From: Chloroflexota bacterium
GTDB lineage: Bacteria; Chloroflexota; Limnocylindria; P2-11E
Assembly (NCBI GenBank): GCA_005882765.1
Contig: VBDV01000114.1
Location: forward strand, 1-63,109
DNA length: 63,109 nt
Reading direction: 5' to 3'
The notes under the pieces were generated by a model. The model did not search any database. It was not told where the DNA came from and saw only the letters and a program-made list of their open reading frames with translations. This document shows, piece by piece, positions 36,718-46,415 of the stretch. How positions within the stretch are numbered: the first letter of the stretch is position 1; each line of letters starts with the position of its first letter. The translations under genes and the position numbers were made by a program.

Positions 36718-38439
36718 ATGGCCCTCGCGGCGCAGCGGCGTTGGATCATGCCCAAAAAGGCCGGGGATGTACCGGATGGTATGCCCGCGCTTGTAGCGCA
36801 GGTGCTCGCCTGCCGGGGCCTAGCCGTGGGCGAGATGGCGGCCTTCCTGGCGGCGCGACCGACCGAAGAGGGCCCGCCGATGCTCGATCTGGATCGCGCG
36901 GTCGAGCGGCTCCGTCGTGCGCTCGCGGCTCGCGAGCGCATCGTCGTCTACGGGGACTACGACGTCGACGGGATCGCGGGATCAGCCATCCTCGTGCGCG
37001 CCTTCCGGCAGCTTGGCTTCGTCGTCGGTGCGTACATCCCTAATCGCTATGAAGAGGGCTACGGACTCAATGCCACCGCGCTGCGCCAGCTCGCGGCGGA
37101 CGGTGCGAAGGTCATCGTGAGCGTCGACTGCGGCATCACCGCGGTGAAGGAGGCCGCGCTCGCGCGCGAGCTCGGCGTTGATCTCATCGTGACCGACCAC
37201 CACCACCCGCCGGCCGTGCTTCCGGACGCGTACGCGCTCGTCAATCCGCGCCGCCCCGGGGACCCGTCGATCGACAAGGAGCTTGCGGGTGCCGGTGTTG
37301 CGCTGGTGCTCGCGAAGCGCCTGCTAGGAGATCTCGCGTACAGCCTGCGCCAGGACGAGCTAGTGCAGCTCTGCGCACTCGCAACGGTCGCCGATGTCGT
37401 GCCGCTTCGCGGGGGGAACCGCGTGCTCACGCGGCTCGGGCTGGAAGCGCTGAACCGCGCGCCAATTCTCGGCGTGCGGGCCCTCGTCGAACGAGCCGGT
37501 TTGAAGCTCGGGCATGTCGGGGCGGGTGAGATCGGGTTCGTACTCGGTCCGCGCCTCAACGCCGCCGGCCGGATCGACGATGCCGAAGACGCGCTGCGGC
37601 TCCTCCTCACCGAGGACGCCGAGGAGGCGACGAAGCTCGCCGAGAGCCTCGAGCTGCGGAACAGCGAACGGCAGGAGCTCACGCGGCAGGTGGTCGCCGG
37701 CGCGCGCGAGCGCGCGCAGGAGCGTCCCGACGCGTGGATCACGATCGTCGCGGACGCCGAGTGGCCCGCCGGCATCGTCGGGCTAGGCGCGTCACGTCTG
37801 GTCGAGGATTACGGACGGCCCGCGATCGTCATCGCGATCGACGGAAACGAGGGCAAGGGCTCGTGCCGCTCGATCGTCGGCGTCCATATCGCCGAGGCGC
37901 TCGACGACTGCGACGACATCCTGGTTAAGCACGGCGGCCATGCGATGGCCGCGGGATTTTCCGTCTCGGTCGACCGCATCCCCGATCTCATCGAGCGACT
38001 GGACGCAGTGGTGCGCGAGCGCCTCCGCGGCGAGCGACCGGTGCCGACGATCCGCGTCGATGCGGAGATCGCTCCGGAGATCCTGACGAGCAAGCTCGCG
38101 CTCGAGCTCGCGACACTCGAGCCGTGCGGCGCCGGGAATCCGAGGCCATATCTCCTCATTCGCGACGTGCGGGTGTACGACATCCGCCAGGTCGGAGCCG
38201 ACGCCGACCATCTGCGCTGCAAAGTCACCGTCGGCCGGTTCACCTTCGACGCGATGGCCTTCCGGCGCGGGGATCACGCCGAAGGGATGACCGAAGCGGG
38301 CCGCGTCGATGCCGTCGTGAGCATCGGGACGGGCCTGCGCGGATTCGTCGAGCTCGAGCTGCGTGATTTCGGACCCGTGGGAACGGCAGCCGAGATGGAG
38401 CGTCTCGCCGGCGGCGGCGCGCCGGTGCTGGTCGGATAA
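36718..38439 (+). CDS. recJ: Single-stranded-DNA-specific exonuclease RecJ
   Basis: DHH motifs GDYDVDGI, VDCG and TDHHH, plus DHHA1 GGHAMAAG. The start was trimmed from the track ORF to the ATG at 36718 (SD-like GAAGGG). Confidence 0.9.
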   Translation: MALAAQRRWIMPKKAGDVPDGMPALVAQVLACRGLAVGEMAAFLAARPTEEGPPMLDLDRAVERLRRALAARERIVVYGDYDVDGIAGSAILVRAFRQLGFVVGAYIPNRYEEGYGLNATALRQLAADGAKVIVSVDCGITAVKEAALARELGVDLIVTDHHHPPAVLPDAYALVNPRRPGDPSIDKELAGAGVALVLAKRLLGDLAYSLRQDELVQLCALATVADVVPLRGGNRVLTRLGLEALNRAPILGVRALVERAGLKLGHVGAGEIGFVLGPRLNAAGRIDDAEDALRLLLTEDAEEATKLAESLELRNSERQELTRQVVAGARERAQERPDAWITIVADAEWPAGIVGLGASRLVEDYGRPAIVIAIDGNEGKGSCRSIVGVHIAEALDDCDDILVKHGGHAMAAGFSVSVDRIPDLIERLDAVVRERLRGERPVPTIRVDAEIAPEILTSKLALELATLEPCGAGNPRPYLLIRDVRVYDIRQVGADADHLRCKVTVGRFTFDAMAFRRGDHAEGMTEAGRVDAVVSIGTGLRGFVELELRDFGPVGTAAEMERLAGGGAPVLVG

Positions 38440-40652
38440 TGGCAGAGCGCGCTTCGGCGATCACGTCGCGGATCGTCAGCATCACCGACCGGCTGCGCCC
38501 GCAGCGCCACGGCAACGTCGACGCCGACACCCTCGCGAAGGAAATACTCCGCCACTACCCCGAGGGCGACGCGGAGCTCGTCCGCCGCGCGTACGGATAC
38601 GCGGCCGAGGCCCACGAAGGCCAGAAGCGCGTGTCCGGCGAGCCGTACATCACGCACCCGGCCGCGGTCGCGATGCTCGTCGCGGAGCTCGGCATGGATC
38701 CGGCGACGGTCGCGGCGGCGCTCCTGCATGACGTGCCCGAGGACACCGCGAAGACCGTCGAGGACGTGCGGCGCGAGTTCGGCGAGGAGATCGGCCGTCT
38801 CGTCGACGGCGTCACGAAGCTGTCGCGCCTTTCCGGCCAATCGCGCGACGAGCATCAGGCCGAGAACATCCGAAAGATGCTCCTTGCGATGGCCGACGAT
38901 CTGCGCGTCGTGATCATCAAGCTCTGCGACCGCCTCCACAACATGCGAACGCTCGCGCCGCTCCCACCGGAAAAGCAGAAACGGATCGCGAGACAGACCA
39001 TGGACATCTACGCGCCGCTGGCGCACCGCCTCGGGATCTGGCAGATCAAATGGGAGCTCGAGGATCTCGCGTTCAAGTACCTCGAGCCCGATCACTACAA
39101 AGAGGTCGCCGAGCAGCTCGCGGCGCGCCGGCAGGTCCGCGAGCGCTACATCAACGAGACGATGAAGACGCTCCGCGACGAGCTCGAGAAGGCCGGCGTC
39201 CGCGCGGACCTCTCCGGCCGCGCGAAGCACCTCTGGTCCATCGCGCAGAAGATGCGCCGGAAGGGCGTGGGCTTCGAGGAGGTCTACGACGTCCTCGCGA
39301 TCCGCGTCATCGTCGACGACGTCCCATCCTGCTACGCGGCACTCGGCGTGGTGCACACGCTCTGGCCGCCGATCCCGGGGCAGTTCGACGACTACATCGC
39401 GGTGCCCAAGGCGAACATGTACCAGTCGCTGCATACGGCGGTCATCGGGACTGGCGGCCAGCCGGTCGAGATCCAGGTGCGCACGAGAGACATGCACGAC
39501 CTCGCCGAGTACGGCATCGCGGCGCACTGGCGCTACAAGGAAGGCGGCAAGGGCGACCGCGACTACGAGTCCAAGCTCGCGTGGGTCCGTCAGCTCCTCG
39601 AATGGCAGCACGACGTGGCTGACGCGCAAGAGTTCGTCGAGTCGCTCAAGGTCGACGTTTTCCAGGACCAAGTTTTCGTGTTCACGCCGAAGGGCGAGGT
39701 CAAGGGGCTCCCCGCCGGTTCGACGCCGATCGACTTCGCGTACCGGATCCACACCGACGTCGGGCACCGCACGATCGGCGCGAAGGTGAACGGCCGCATC
39801 GTGCCGCTCGACCACCGGCTCGCGTCCGGCGACATCGTCGAGATCGTCACGAGCAAAGCCGCGCGCGGACCGTCCCGCGACTGGCTCGGTATGGTCCGGA
39901 CCCCGGGCGCGCGCGAGAAGATCCGCGCCTGGTTCAAGCGCGCGCAGCGGGACGAGAACATCACGCACGGGAAGGAGCTCCTCGATAAAGAGCTCCGGCG
40001 CATCTCGCAGCGCGAGCTCGGTGATATTTCGGATGAGGACCTCCGCCGCGTCACCGAAACGCTGAACCTGCACGACGTCGACACGCTCTTCGCCTCGCTC
40101 GGGTACGGAGCGCTGACCGCGGCGCAGGTGGTCACGCGCCTCGGCATCACCGACGACACGCAGCTCGCGATCCCCGAGGTCGCGCCGCCGATGCCACCGG
40201 ACACCTCGCGCGGCGGCGTGAACGTGAAGGGCGTCGGCGATCTTCTGATCCGCTTCGGCGTGTGCTGCAATCCCGTGCCCGGTGACAAGATCGTCGGCTA
40301 CATCACCCGCGGCCGCGGCGTGACCGTGCATCGCGCCGATTGCTCCAATGTGAAGGGCACTGCCGACAAGGAACGCTTCGTCGATGTCGAGTGGGAGCGC
40401 TCAACGACGCGCACGTATCCCGTCGCGATCCGCATCGAGGGGTGGGACCGCGACGGCTTTCTCCGCGACGTTGCGGCCGTGATCAGCGAGAACCAGGTCC
40501 AGCTGCTCGCGTTATCGGCACAGGCGAATCCCGATAAGACCGCGACCGTGAACGCGACGCTGCAGGTGACAAGCGTCGAGCAGCTCTCGCGCGTTCTCGC
40601 GAAGCTCGAAGGAGTGCGCGACGTCTTCAGCGTCCATCGCGACGGCCGCTAG
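38439..40652 (+). CDS. relA: Bifunctional (p)ppGpp synthetase/hydrolase (RelA/SpoT homolog)
   Basis: TAATG overlap with recJ. HD domain HDVPEDT, the synthetase block, TGS (FTPKGEVKGLPAGSTPIDFAYRIHTDVG) and a C-terminal ACT-like region. Confidence 0.95.
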   Translation: MAERASAITSRIVSITDRLRPQRHGNVDADTLAKEILRHYPEGDAELVRRAYGYAAEAHEGQKRVSGEPYITHPAAVAMLVAELGMDPATVAAALLHDVPEDTAKTVEDVRREFGEEIGRLVDGVTKLSRLSGQSRDEHQAENIRKMLLAMADDLRVVIIKLCDRLHNMRTLAPLPPEKQKRIARQTMDIYAPLAHRLGIWQIKWELEDLAFKYLEPDHYKEVAEQLAARRQVRERYINETMKTLRDELEKAGVRADLSGRAKHLWSIAQKMRRKGVGFEEVYDVLAIRVIVDDVPSCYAALGVVHTLWPPIPGQFDDYIAVPKANMYQSLHTAVIGTGGQPVEIQVRTRDMHDLAEYGIAAHWRYKEGGKGDRDYESKLAWVRQLLEWQHDVADAQEFVESLKVDVFQDQVFVFTPKGEVKGLPAGSTPIDFAYRIHTDVGHRTIGAKVNGRIVPLDHRLASGDIVEIVTSKAARGPSRDWLGMVRTPGAREKIRAWFKRAQRDENITHGKELLDKELRRISQRELGDISDEDLRRVTETLNLHDVDTLFASLGYGALTAAQVVTRLGITDDTQLAIPEVAPPMPPDTSRGGVNVKGVGDLLIRFGVCCNPVPGDKIVGYITRGRGVTVHRADCSNVKGTADKERFVDVEWERSTTRTYPVAIRIEGWDRDGFLRDVAAVISENQVQLLALSAQANPDKTATVNATLQVTSVEQLSRVLAKLEGVRDVFSVHRDGR

Positions 40653-40658
40653 GCGGTA

Positions 40659-41324
40659 GTGCGCCGGGCGGTCTCCCTCGTCGCGATCGCCGCGCTCGCG
40701 ATCGCCGGCGCGCTTGCCCTCGTCTCCGCCAGCTTCGTCACGATCCATCTGCTCGATCCGCGGTATCCGAGCGACGCGCGCATTTCGAGCTGGGTCTACG
40801 AGGGCCTCGGCTGGGTTGAGGCCGCGGTCCTCTTCGGACTCGCCGCCATACGGGTGCGAACGCGGCCCGCGGACGCGTGGATCGCCTCCAGCCTGGGTGC
40901 GATCGTGATCGCGATCACGTCGATCAACGCGAACCAGGTCCCGGACGGCGTCCGCGTCGCGGTCGCCATCGCTGGCGCTCTCGCCCCGTGGCCCGCGATC
41001 GCCTACCCGCCCTCGCTCGCGAGGAGCGCCTTCGTCGCTGCGAACCTCGCGTTCATCGCGATCGCACCGCTGGTCGCGGCGGCGATCGAATTGCCGTTCT
41101 GGCTTCGCACGTTCCAGCCCATTGACCCGCTCCGGCTTCCGGAGTGGCTCGCAAATCGGCCGCTCGAGTGGCCGTGGCTGCTGGTCGTCGCGCCCGTCGC
41201 TTTCGGCGCGTTCCAGCCGCCACAGGAGTGCTGCACAGCCGCACCGCTCTACACCCCGCTTTTGATCGTCGTGCCGGCGGCGATCATCGGCATGGTGATC
41301 AGCGTCCGTCGCGACGGCCGTTAG
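40659..41324 (+). CDS. Hypothetical multi-pass membrane protein
   Basis: Hydrophobic throughout (about 6 helices). No motif was recognised. Confidence 0.5.
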   Translation: MRRAVSLVAIAALAIAGALALVSASFVTIHLLDPRYPSDARISSWVYEGLGWVEAAVLFGLAAIRVRTRPADAWIASSLGAIVIAITSINANQVPDGVRVAVAIAGALAPWPAIAYPPSLARSAFVAANLAFIAIAPLVAAAIELPFWLRTFQPIDPLRLPEWLANRPLEWPWLLVVAPVAFGAFQPPQECCTAAPLYTPLLIVVPAAIIGMVISVRRDGR

Positions 41325-41357
41325 GCCGCATCGGTATCCGCTTCGCGCGCGATTCAG

Positions 41358-41810
41358 CTAGCGCTTTGCGCCGACAGGCTCCTCAGCACGTTCCGGCGTC
41401 GGCACGAAGCCCAGCTGCTGGAGCATGCCGAGCTGGTCCTGGACGGACCAGTGCTCGACCACCTTTCCATTGGCCAATCGGGAGATGTGAATCGCCTCCC
41501 ACCTGGCGCGCTTGCCGCTCGCTGGCATCCCGGCGAAATCGCCCTTCATCGTGCCCGTGGCGCTGATGTGCTGGACAACGAGGTCGCCTTCGGCGATCTG
41601 ACGCTCAATGTTGACCTTGAAGTCGGGGAAGGCGCTTCGCAGGGCTTTTACCAGGGCTTTCACTCCTTCCCTTCCAGAGGGCACGCCGGGCGGGAGCTGG
41701 GAATGGTCGACGAAGTCCGCCGAGATCACTTGATCGATCACTTCGACGCGCCCTTGGTTGAATGCCTCCAGCGCGATGCGCGCGTCAATAGCCTTGTTCT
41801 GCTCGGACAT
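41358..41810 (-). CDS. SnoaL-like ester cyclase / NTF2-fold protein
   Basis: GGAGG SD. The pattern FVDH...G.EG.K......FPD....I.......GD.V........GT..G.F.G...SGK is typical of ester cyclases. Confidence 0.7.
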   Translation of the reverse strand: MSEQNKAIDARIALEAFNQGRVEVIDQVISADFVDHSQLPPGVPSGREGVKALVKALRSAFPDFKVNIERQIAEGDLVVQHISATGTMKGDFAGMPASGKRARWEAIHISRLANGKVVEHWSVQDQLGMLQQLGFVPTPERAEEPVGAKR

Positions 41811-41851
41811 CTTGTTTCCTCCCCTTAGTCCGCTCGCGAGCGAGTACTTAC

Positions 41852-42313
41852 TTAGCGCTTCGTGCCAACGGGCTCCTCGGCGGCTTCAGGCGCGACGCCA
41901 AGCTGGCGCAGGACCGTCGCAACGTCGTAGTAGCGGCGTTCCTCCACGATCTCGCCGCGTTCGTTGAGCCGACCAAACACGCCGCCCTTCAGGTCAACGC
42001 GCTTGTTTGTGGGAGGGAGATCCTCTCCCCTGGGTGTCTCGAGGGGCCCAGTGTGCGTCCCGATGAATCGGACCTCATCCGCGCCATTCCGATCATCCTT
42101 CTCGATGGTGCTGACGATCTCGAAGCGTATGTCGGGAAATCCTCTGAGGAACGTGGCAGCGTCCTTGCGGATGGCAGCGCGACCACGTAGCGGCTCCGGA
42201 TACATCGGGTCGTATGCGACGGCGTCCTCGGCGTAGAGCTTCGCGTAGGCGTCGAGATCGTGCTTGTTGAAAGTCTCGGCTGCCTTTTTCGAGATGTCCT
42301 CGTACTTGCCCAT
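41852..42313 (-). CDS. SnoaL-like / NTF2-fold protein (tandem paralog)
   Basis: The start was trimmed to the ATG at 42313, preceded by GGAGG. FLRGFPDIRFEIV pattern. It shares the C-terminal tail AEEPVG[AT]KR with its neighbour. Confidence 0.65.
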   Translation of the reverse strand: MGKYEDISKKAAETFNKHDLDAYAKLYAEDAVAYDPMYPEPLRGRAAIRKDAATFLRGFPDIRFEIVSTIEKDDRNGADEVRFIGTHTGPLETPRGEDLPPTNKRVDLKGGVFGRLNERGEIVEERRYYDVATVLRQLGVAPEAAEEPVGTKR

Positions 42314-42406
42314 GTCGTACGCCTCCCCTGGGTGCTTCCCGCGCGTAACCCTACGCGCGCCCCAAGCGCACACACAGCCATCGCCCCGACCGTACACTCG
42401 AATTAC

Positions 42407-44197
42407 TTGACTTCCCCCACGATCACCACGACCGAGACCGCATGGAAGCGTCGCTATCGCGCTGCGCGGACGAGCTTTCCGACCTGGGCGCGGGAAAACC
42501 CCGACAACCTGCTCTATCTATCGAATGCCAGCGGGCGCTTCGAGGTTTACGCCTGGAGCCGGCTCATCGGAACGCATCGACAGGTCACCGATCGCCCCGA
42601 GGGGACCGGCTACCGTGTCGCGAGCCGTCTCGATCTTTTAGGCCAGAACATCTGGTGGTTCGACGACGCAAAAGGGAACGAGCTCGGGCGCTACGTCCGC
42701 GAGCCGTTCGGCGGCGGGGAACGCGTGACCATGGCCCCGGAGCTCGAGCCTGCCTACAGCGCCGGTCTCGCGCTTGGGAGTGGCTTCGGAGTCCTCGGCC
42801 GGTCGACGGGTGACGAGGGAACGACGATCTACTTCGTGCGCGATGGCGAAGCCCCGCGGCGCCTGTACCAGCACCGGCAGAGCGCTTACGTGGTCGATCT
42901 CTCGCGTGATCAGACGCTCGTCGCGATCACGCACTCGGAGCACGGCGACAGCCGTAATCCCGCGATCCGCGTCCTCGACATGGACGGCCGCGCCATCGCC
43001 GAGCTCTGGGACGGGCCAGGATTAGGCCTGGAGCCAGTCGCGTGGTCGCTTGTCGCAGGCGATCAGCGGCTTCTCGCGCTCCACGACCGCCGCGGCCGGA
43101 GCCAGCCGCTCATCCTCAATGCGACCTCGCCGGCGGTCGACGATATCGAGCTCGACCTGCCGGGCGAGACGTTCGCCGACTGGTATCCGGATGGAAAGGC
43201 GCTCCTCATCGGACACGAATACCGCGGCCGGACCGAGCTCTATCGCTACGACCTCGGGACACGAGCTCTCGAGCGGCTTCCCGCGGAGCCCGGCACGATC
43301 GTCGCCGCGCGCGTGCACCCCGATGGCGATGTCTGGTACCAGCTGACCAGCGCGCGCACACCGGCCGCGACGCATGCCCTCAGTGGCGGGATCGTTCTGC
43401 GGCCGCCGGGCGAGCCCGCGCCCGCCGGCGTCGCCTTCCGCGATCTCGACGTCGACGGCGTGCACGTCTTTATCGCGGAACCGGCCGGCCAAGCTCCGCA
43501 TCCCACGATCTTCATCGTCCATGGCGGGCCGACGGCACACGACCAGGATGCCTTCTATCCGGGAGTGCAGGCGTGGGTCGATCACGGCTTCGCGGTCGTC
43601 CTCGTGAACTACCGTGGGTCCACCGGTTACGGAAAAGAGTGGCGCGACGCGAACGTCGGGCGCGTGGGGCTGACGGAGCTCGAGGACATCGCGAAGGTGC
43701 ATGACCGCGTGATCGCCGACGGCGTCGCCGATCCGAAGCGGATCATCCTCTCCGGCGGGTCGTGGGGCGGGTATCTCACGCTGATGGGTCTGGGCACGCA
43801 ACCGGAGCGGTGGTCGCTGGGCATCCCGATCGTGCCGGTGGGTGAGTACCTCGCGGCCTACGAGGACGAGATGGAGCCTCTCAAGAAATACGACGATGCG
43901 CTCTTCGGTGGCTCGCCCGCCGAGGTTCCCGAAAAATACCGGGAAAGCAATCCGATCACCTACGTCGAACACATTCGCGTGCCGATGCTCCTGATCGTCG
44001 GTCAGAACGACCCGCGGTGTCCGTCGCGCAGCGTCGACATCTATCGCGAGCGCCTTCTCGAGCTCGGGAAGAAGTTCGAAGAGTATCGCTACGACGCGGG
44101 TCATGGCTCGCTCGTCGTCGACGAGCAGATCAGGCAGGTCGAGATGCAGATCGCCTTCGCCGCGCGAAACCTCGGGACGCAAGAACCGATCGACTGA
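42407..44197 (+). CDS. S9 family serine peptidase (beta-propeller plus prolyl oligopeptidase domain)
   Basis: Nucleophile GGSWGGYL, and IVGQNDPRCP...AGHG. The start is probably the TTG at 42407, because the track start overlaps the divergent gene. Confidence 0.8.
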   Translation: MTSPTITTTETAWKRRYRAARTSFPTWARENPDNLLYLSNASGRFEVYAWSRLIGTHRQVTDRPEGTGYRVASRLDLLGQNIWWFDDAKGNELGRYVREPFGGGERVTMAPELEPAYSAGLALGSGFGVLGRSTGDEGTTIYFVRDGEAPRRLYQHRQSAYVVDLSRDQTLVAITHSEHGDSRNPAIRVLDMDGRAIAELWDGPGLGLEPVAWSLVAGDQRLLALHDRRGRSQPLILNATSPAVDDIELDLPGETFADWYPDGKALLIGHEYRGRTELYRYDLGTRALERLPAEPGTIVAARVHPDGDVWYQLTSARTPAATHALSGGIVLRPPGEPAPAGVAFRDLDVDGVHVFIAEPAGQAPHPTIFIVHGGPTAHDQDAFYPGVQAWVDHGFAVVLVNYRGSTGYGKEWRDANVGRVGLTELEDIAKVHDRVIADGVADPKRIILSGGSWGGYLTLMGLGTQPERWSLGIPIVPVGEYLAAYEDEMEPLKKYDDALFGGSPAEVPEKYRESNPITYVEHIRVPMLLIVGQNDPRCPSRSVDIYRERLLELGKKFEEYRYDAGHGSLVVDEQIRQVEMQIAFAARNLGTQEPID

Positions 44198-44263
44198 GCA
44201 AAATCGAGCCAGTTTGCAACGAGAACCTAGACGTTCCAAGCGAGGGGACCTAGCCTCGCGCGC

Positions 44264-46309
44264 GTGATCCGCCTGCGCGGATGGCTACGCCGTGGGCTAA
44301 GTCTCGCCCTTCTCGTCGCGCTTTATTTCATCGCCGGGAGACTCGGTCTCTTGCTGGCGTTCGTAAACGCCAGCGCCACTGCGGTTTGGCCACCCACCGG
44401 CCTGGCCATCGCCGCCCTTCTCCTATTTGGAACGACGTTGTGGCCAGGAATTCTCCTCGGTGCCTTCGCGGTAAATCTCACCACTTCCGGCGACGTGCTT
44501 TCTTCGGTCGGAATTGCGGTCGGCAACACGTTGGAGGCGGTCGTCGCGACGTATCTCATCCGACGCTGGGCCAGCGGCCGCGCTGTGTTCGACCGGCCTC
44601 AAGATGTTCTGCGTTTCGCGCTGTTCGCCGCGGCGCTGGCGCCGACGGTCAGCGCCACGGTGGGGGTCGCGAGTCTGGAGCTCACGGGACTCGCGGGCTG
44701 GTCCGACGTCGGTCCCATCTGGTTAACGTGGTGGCTGGGCGACGCCGCGGGTGCCTTGCTGGTCGCACCGGCCGTCGTGCTCTGGGCCACGAACCGCTTC
44801 GTGTTTGCGCCCGAGCGGCTCGCCGAAGCCGCGGTCCTCGCAATCGCGGCCCTCACGACCGGCGTCGTGATATTTGGAGGCGTCGGGCCACTCTCGGTTT
44901 ACCGCGTTCCGGTCGCGTTCTTGACGTTTCCGGTGCTCGTCTGGGCCGCGTTCCGATTTGGACCCCGGGCAGCGGCGACGGTCATGCTGGCGCTGAGCGG
45001 CATCGCGATTTGGGGAACCCTCAATGGGTTCGGGCCCTATGCGCTCGGGTCCCCTAATGAATCGCTGCTCTTGCTGCAAGCATTCATGGCCGTCGCCGCG
45101 GTGACCTCGCTCGTCCTCGGCGCAGCGGTCCTAGATCGAACGCGGACCGAGAAACGACTGCTGGCCGTCGAGCAGCATTCGCGCCTCGCCGCCGAGGAAG
45201 GGGAACGACTTCGCGAAGAGTTTCTGTCGGTGGCGACGCACGAGCTTCGGACCCCGGTCGCGGCGGTATCCGGCTACGCCCAGCTTGCGCAGCGGGCTCT
45301 CGCCGCCAATCGGAGCGATCGGCTGGGAGACGCCGTCGATTCGATCGTCCGCCAGTCCCGTCGACTGGCGGCGCTCATCACCCAGCTGCTCGACGCTTCG
45401 TACGTTCAGCGCGGGCAGTTCGAGATCGAGCCACGCCCGACCGACATTTCGGCCGTCGCGGGGTGGGCCCTTGAGGCTGCTCGGCTGGCGGACGATGGGC
45501 GACATCAGTGGGATCTGCGGATAGAACCCGGAATGAGCGCGCATGTCGATCCGATGCGTTGGGAACAGCTTCTCATGAATCTTCTCGACAATGCGATGAA
45601 GTACAGCCCTGAGAGGCGGACCATAGCGGTGTCCCTCGAGCGCCTTCCTACCGGTCCGTTCTCGCTCCGAGTCGCCGATCAGGGAATCGGCATCGGCCCG
45701 GACCGCATCGGACACGTCTTCGATCGCTTCTATCGCGCGCACGATCATCAGCGGCTCAGCGGCCTCGGCCTCGGCCTCTACATCGCACGCGAGATCGCCG
45801 AGCGCCACGGTGGCGGGATTCAAGTCTCTTCGGTGGTGGGCGAGGGGACCGAGTTCGCCGTGACCCTTCCGGCGACGCCCCCGGTGAGCATGGAGCCGCC
45901 GGGGCACGCGGATGACCCCGACTGGACCCGCGGCTCGCGGACCCGGGGCCGGGTGCTCGTGATCGACGATGAACCCGACGTCCGCATGCTCGTGGAGACG
46001 GTCCTTCGGGACGCCGGACAGATCGCGATGAGTGCGGAGAACGGGGAAGAGGCGCTGGCCCTCGTCACACGCGAGCCACCCGACCTCATTCTGCTCGACA
46101 AGCTCATGCCGGTGATGGATGGGACCGCATTTGCCAAGGCGTACCGCGCGGCGGTCGCGCACCCTGCGCCGATTGTCGCCTTTTGTGCCTCGCGTGATGC
46201 GGAGGCATGGGCGAGCGCGATCGGCGCCGTCGCGTATGTCGGTAAGCCCTTTGACATCACGGAACTCGACCGAACGGTGCGGAGGCAGCTAAGCGCCGTG
46301 CCACGCTGA
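44264..46309 (+). CDS. Hybrid sensor histidine kinase (MASE1-like membrane domain, HisKA, HATPase_c, C-terminal receiver)
   Basis: H-box ATHELRTPV, N-box DNAMKYSP, G1 DQGIGIG and G2 GLGLGLYIA. Receiver VLVIDDEPDVR...LILLDKLMPVMDG...GKPF. Confidence 0.85.
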   Translation: MIRLRGWLRRGLSLALLVALYFIAGRLGLLLAFVNASATAVWPPTGLAIAALLLFGTTLWPGILLGAFAVNLTTSGDVLSSVGIAVGNTLEAVVATYLIRRWASGRAVFDRPQDVLRFALFAAALAPTVSATVGVASLELTGLAGWSDVGPIWLTWWLGDAAGALLVAPAVVLWATNRFVFAPERLAEAAVLAIAALTTGVVIFGGVGPLSVYRVPVAFLTFPVLVWAAFRFGPRAAATVMLALSGIAIWGTLNGFGPYALGSPNESLLLLQAFMAVAAVTSLVLGAAVLDRTRTEKRLLAVEQHSRLAAEEGERLREEFLSVATHELRTPVAAVSGYAQLAQRALAANRSDRLGDAVDSIVRQSRRLAALITQLLDASYVQRGQFEIEPRPTDISAVAGWALEAARLADDGRHQWDLRIEPGMSAHVDPMRWEQLLMNLLDNAMKYSPERRTIAVSLERLPTGPFSLRVADQGIGIGPDRIGHVFDRFYRAHDHQRLSGLGLGLYIAREIAERHGGGIQVSSVVGEGTEFAVTLPATPPVSMEPPGHADDPDWTRGSRTRGRVLVIDDEPDVRMLVETVLRDAGQIAMSAENGEEALALVTREPPDLILLDKLMPVMDGTAFAKAYRAAVAHPAPIVAFCASRDAEAWASAIGAVAYVGKPFDITELDRTVRRQLSAVPR

Positions 46310-46415
46310 CCCGCGAACCGTTCCGTTGCGAATGACACATTGCATCGCTCCTAACGAATTTCCCCGTCGGTGATGTTGTTCAATACGCAGACCCCATTGA
46401 CAGGAGAACGACCCG

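Noticed and set aside
46326-46402. Near-palindrome gcgaatg-acac-attgc and a perfect TTGACA hexamer (46397-46402) upstream of the MFS transporter, considered as a TetR/MarR operator and promoter.
   Set aside because: The palindrome is imperfect and needs a 1-nt gap, and no adjacent regulator gene exists. The TTGACA lies only 13 nt before the ATG and overlaps the SD region, so it cannot serve as a -35 box for this gene.
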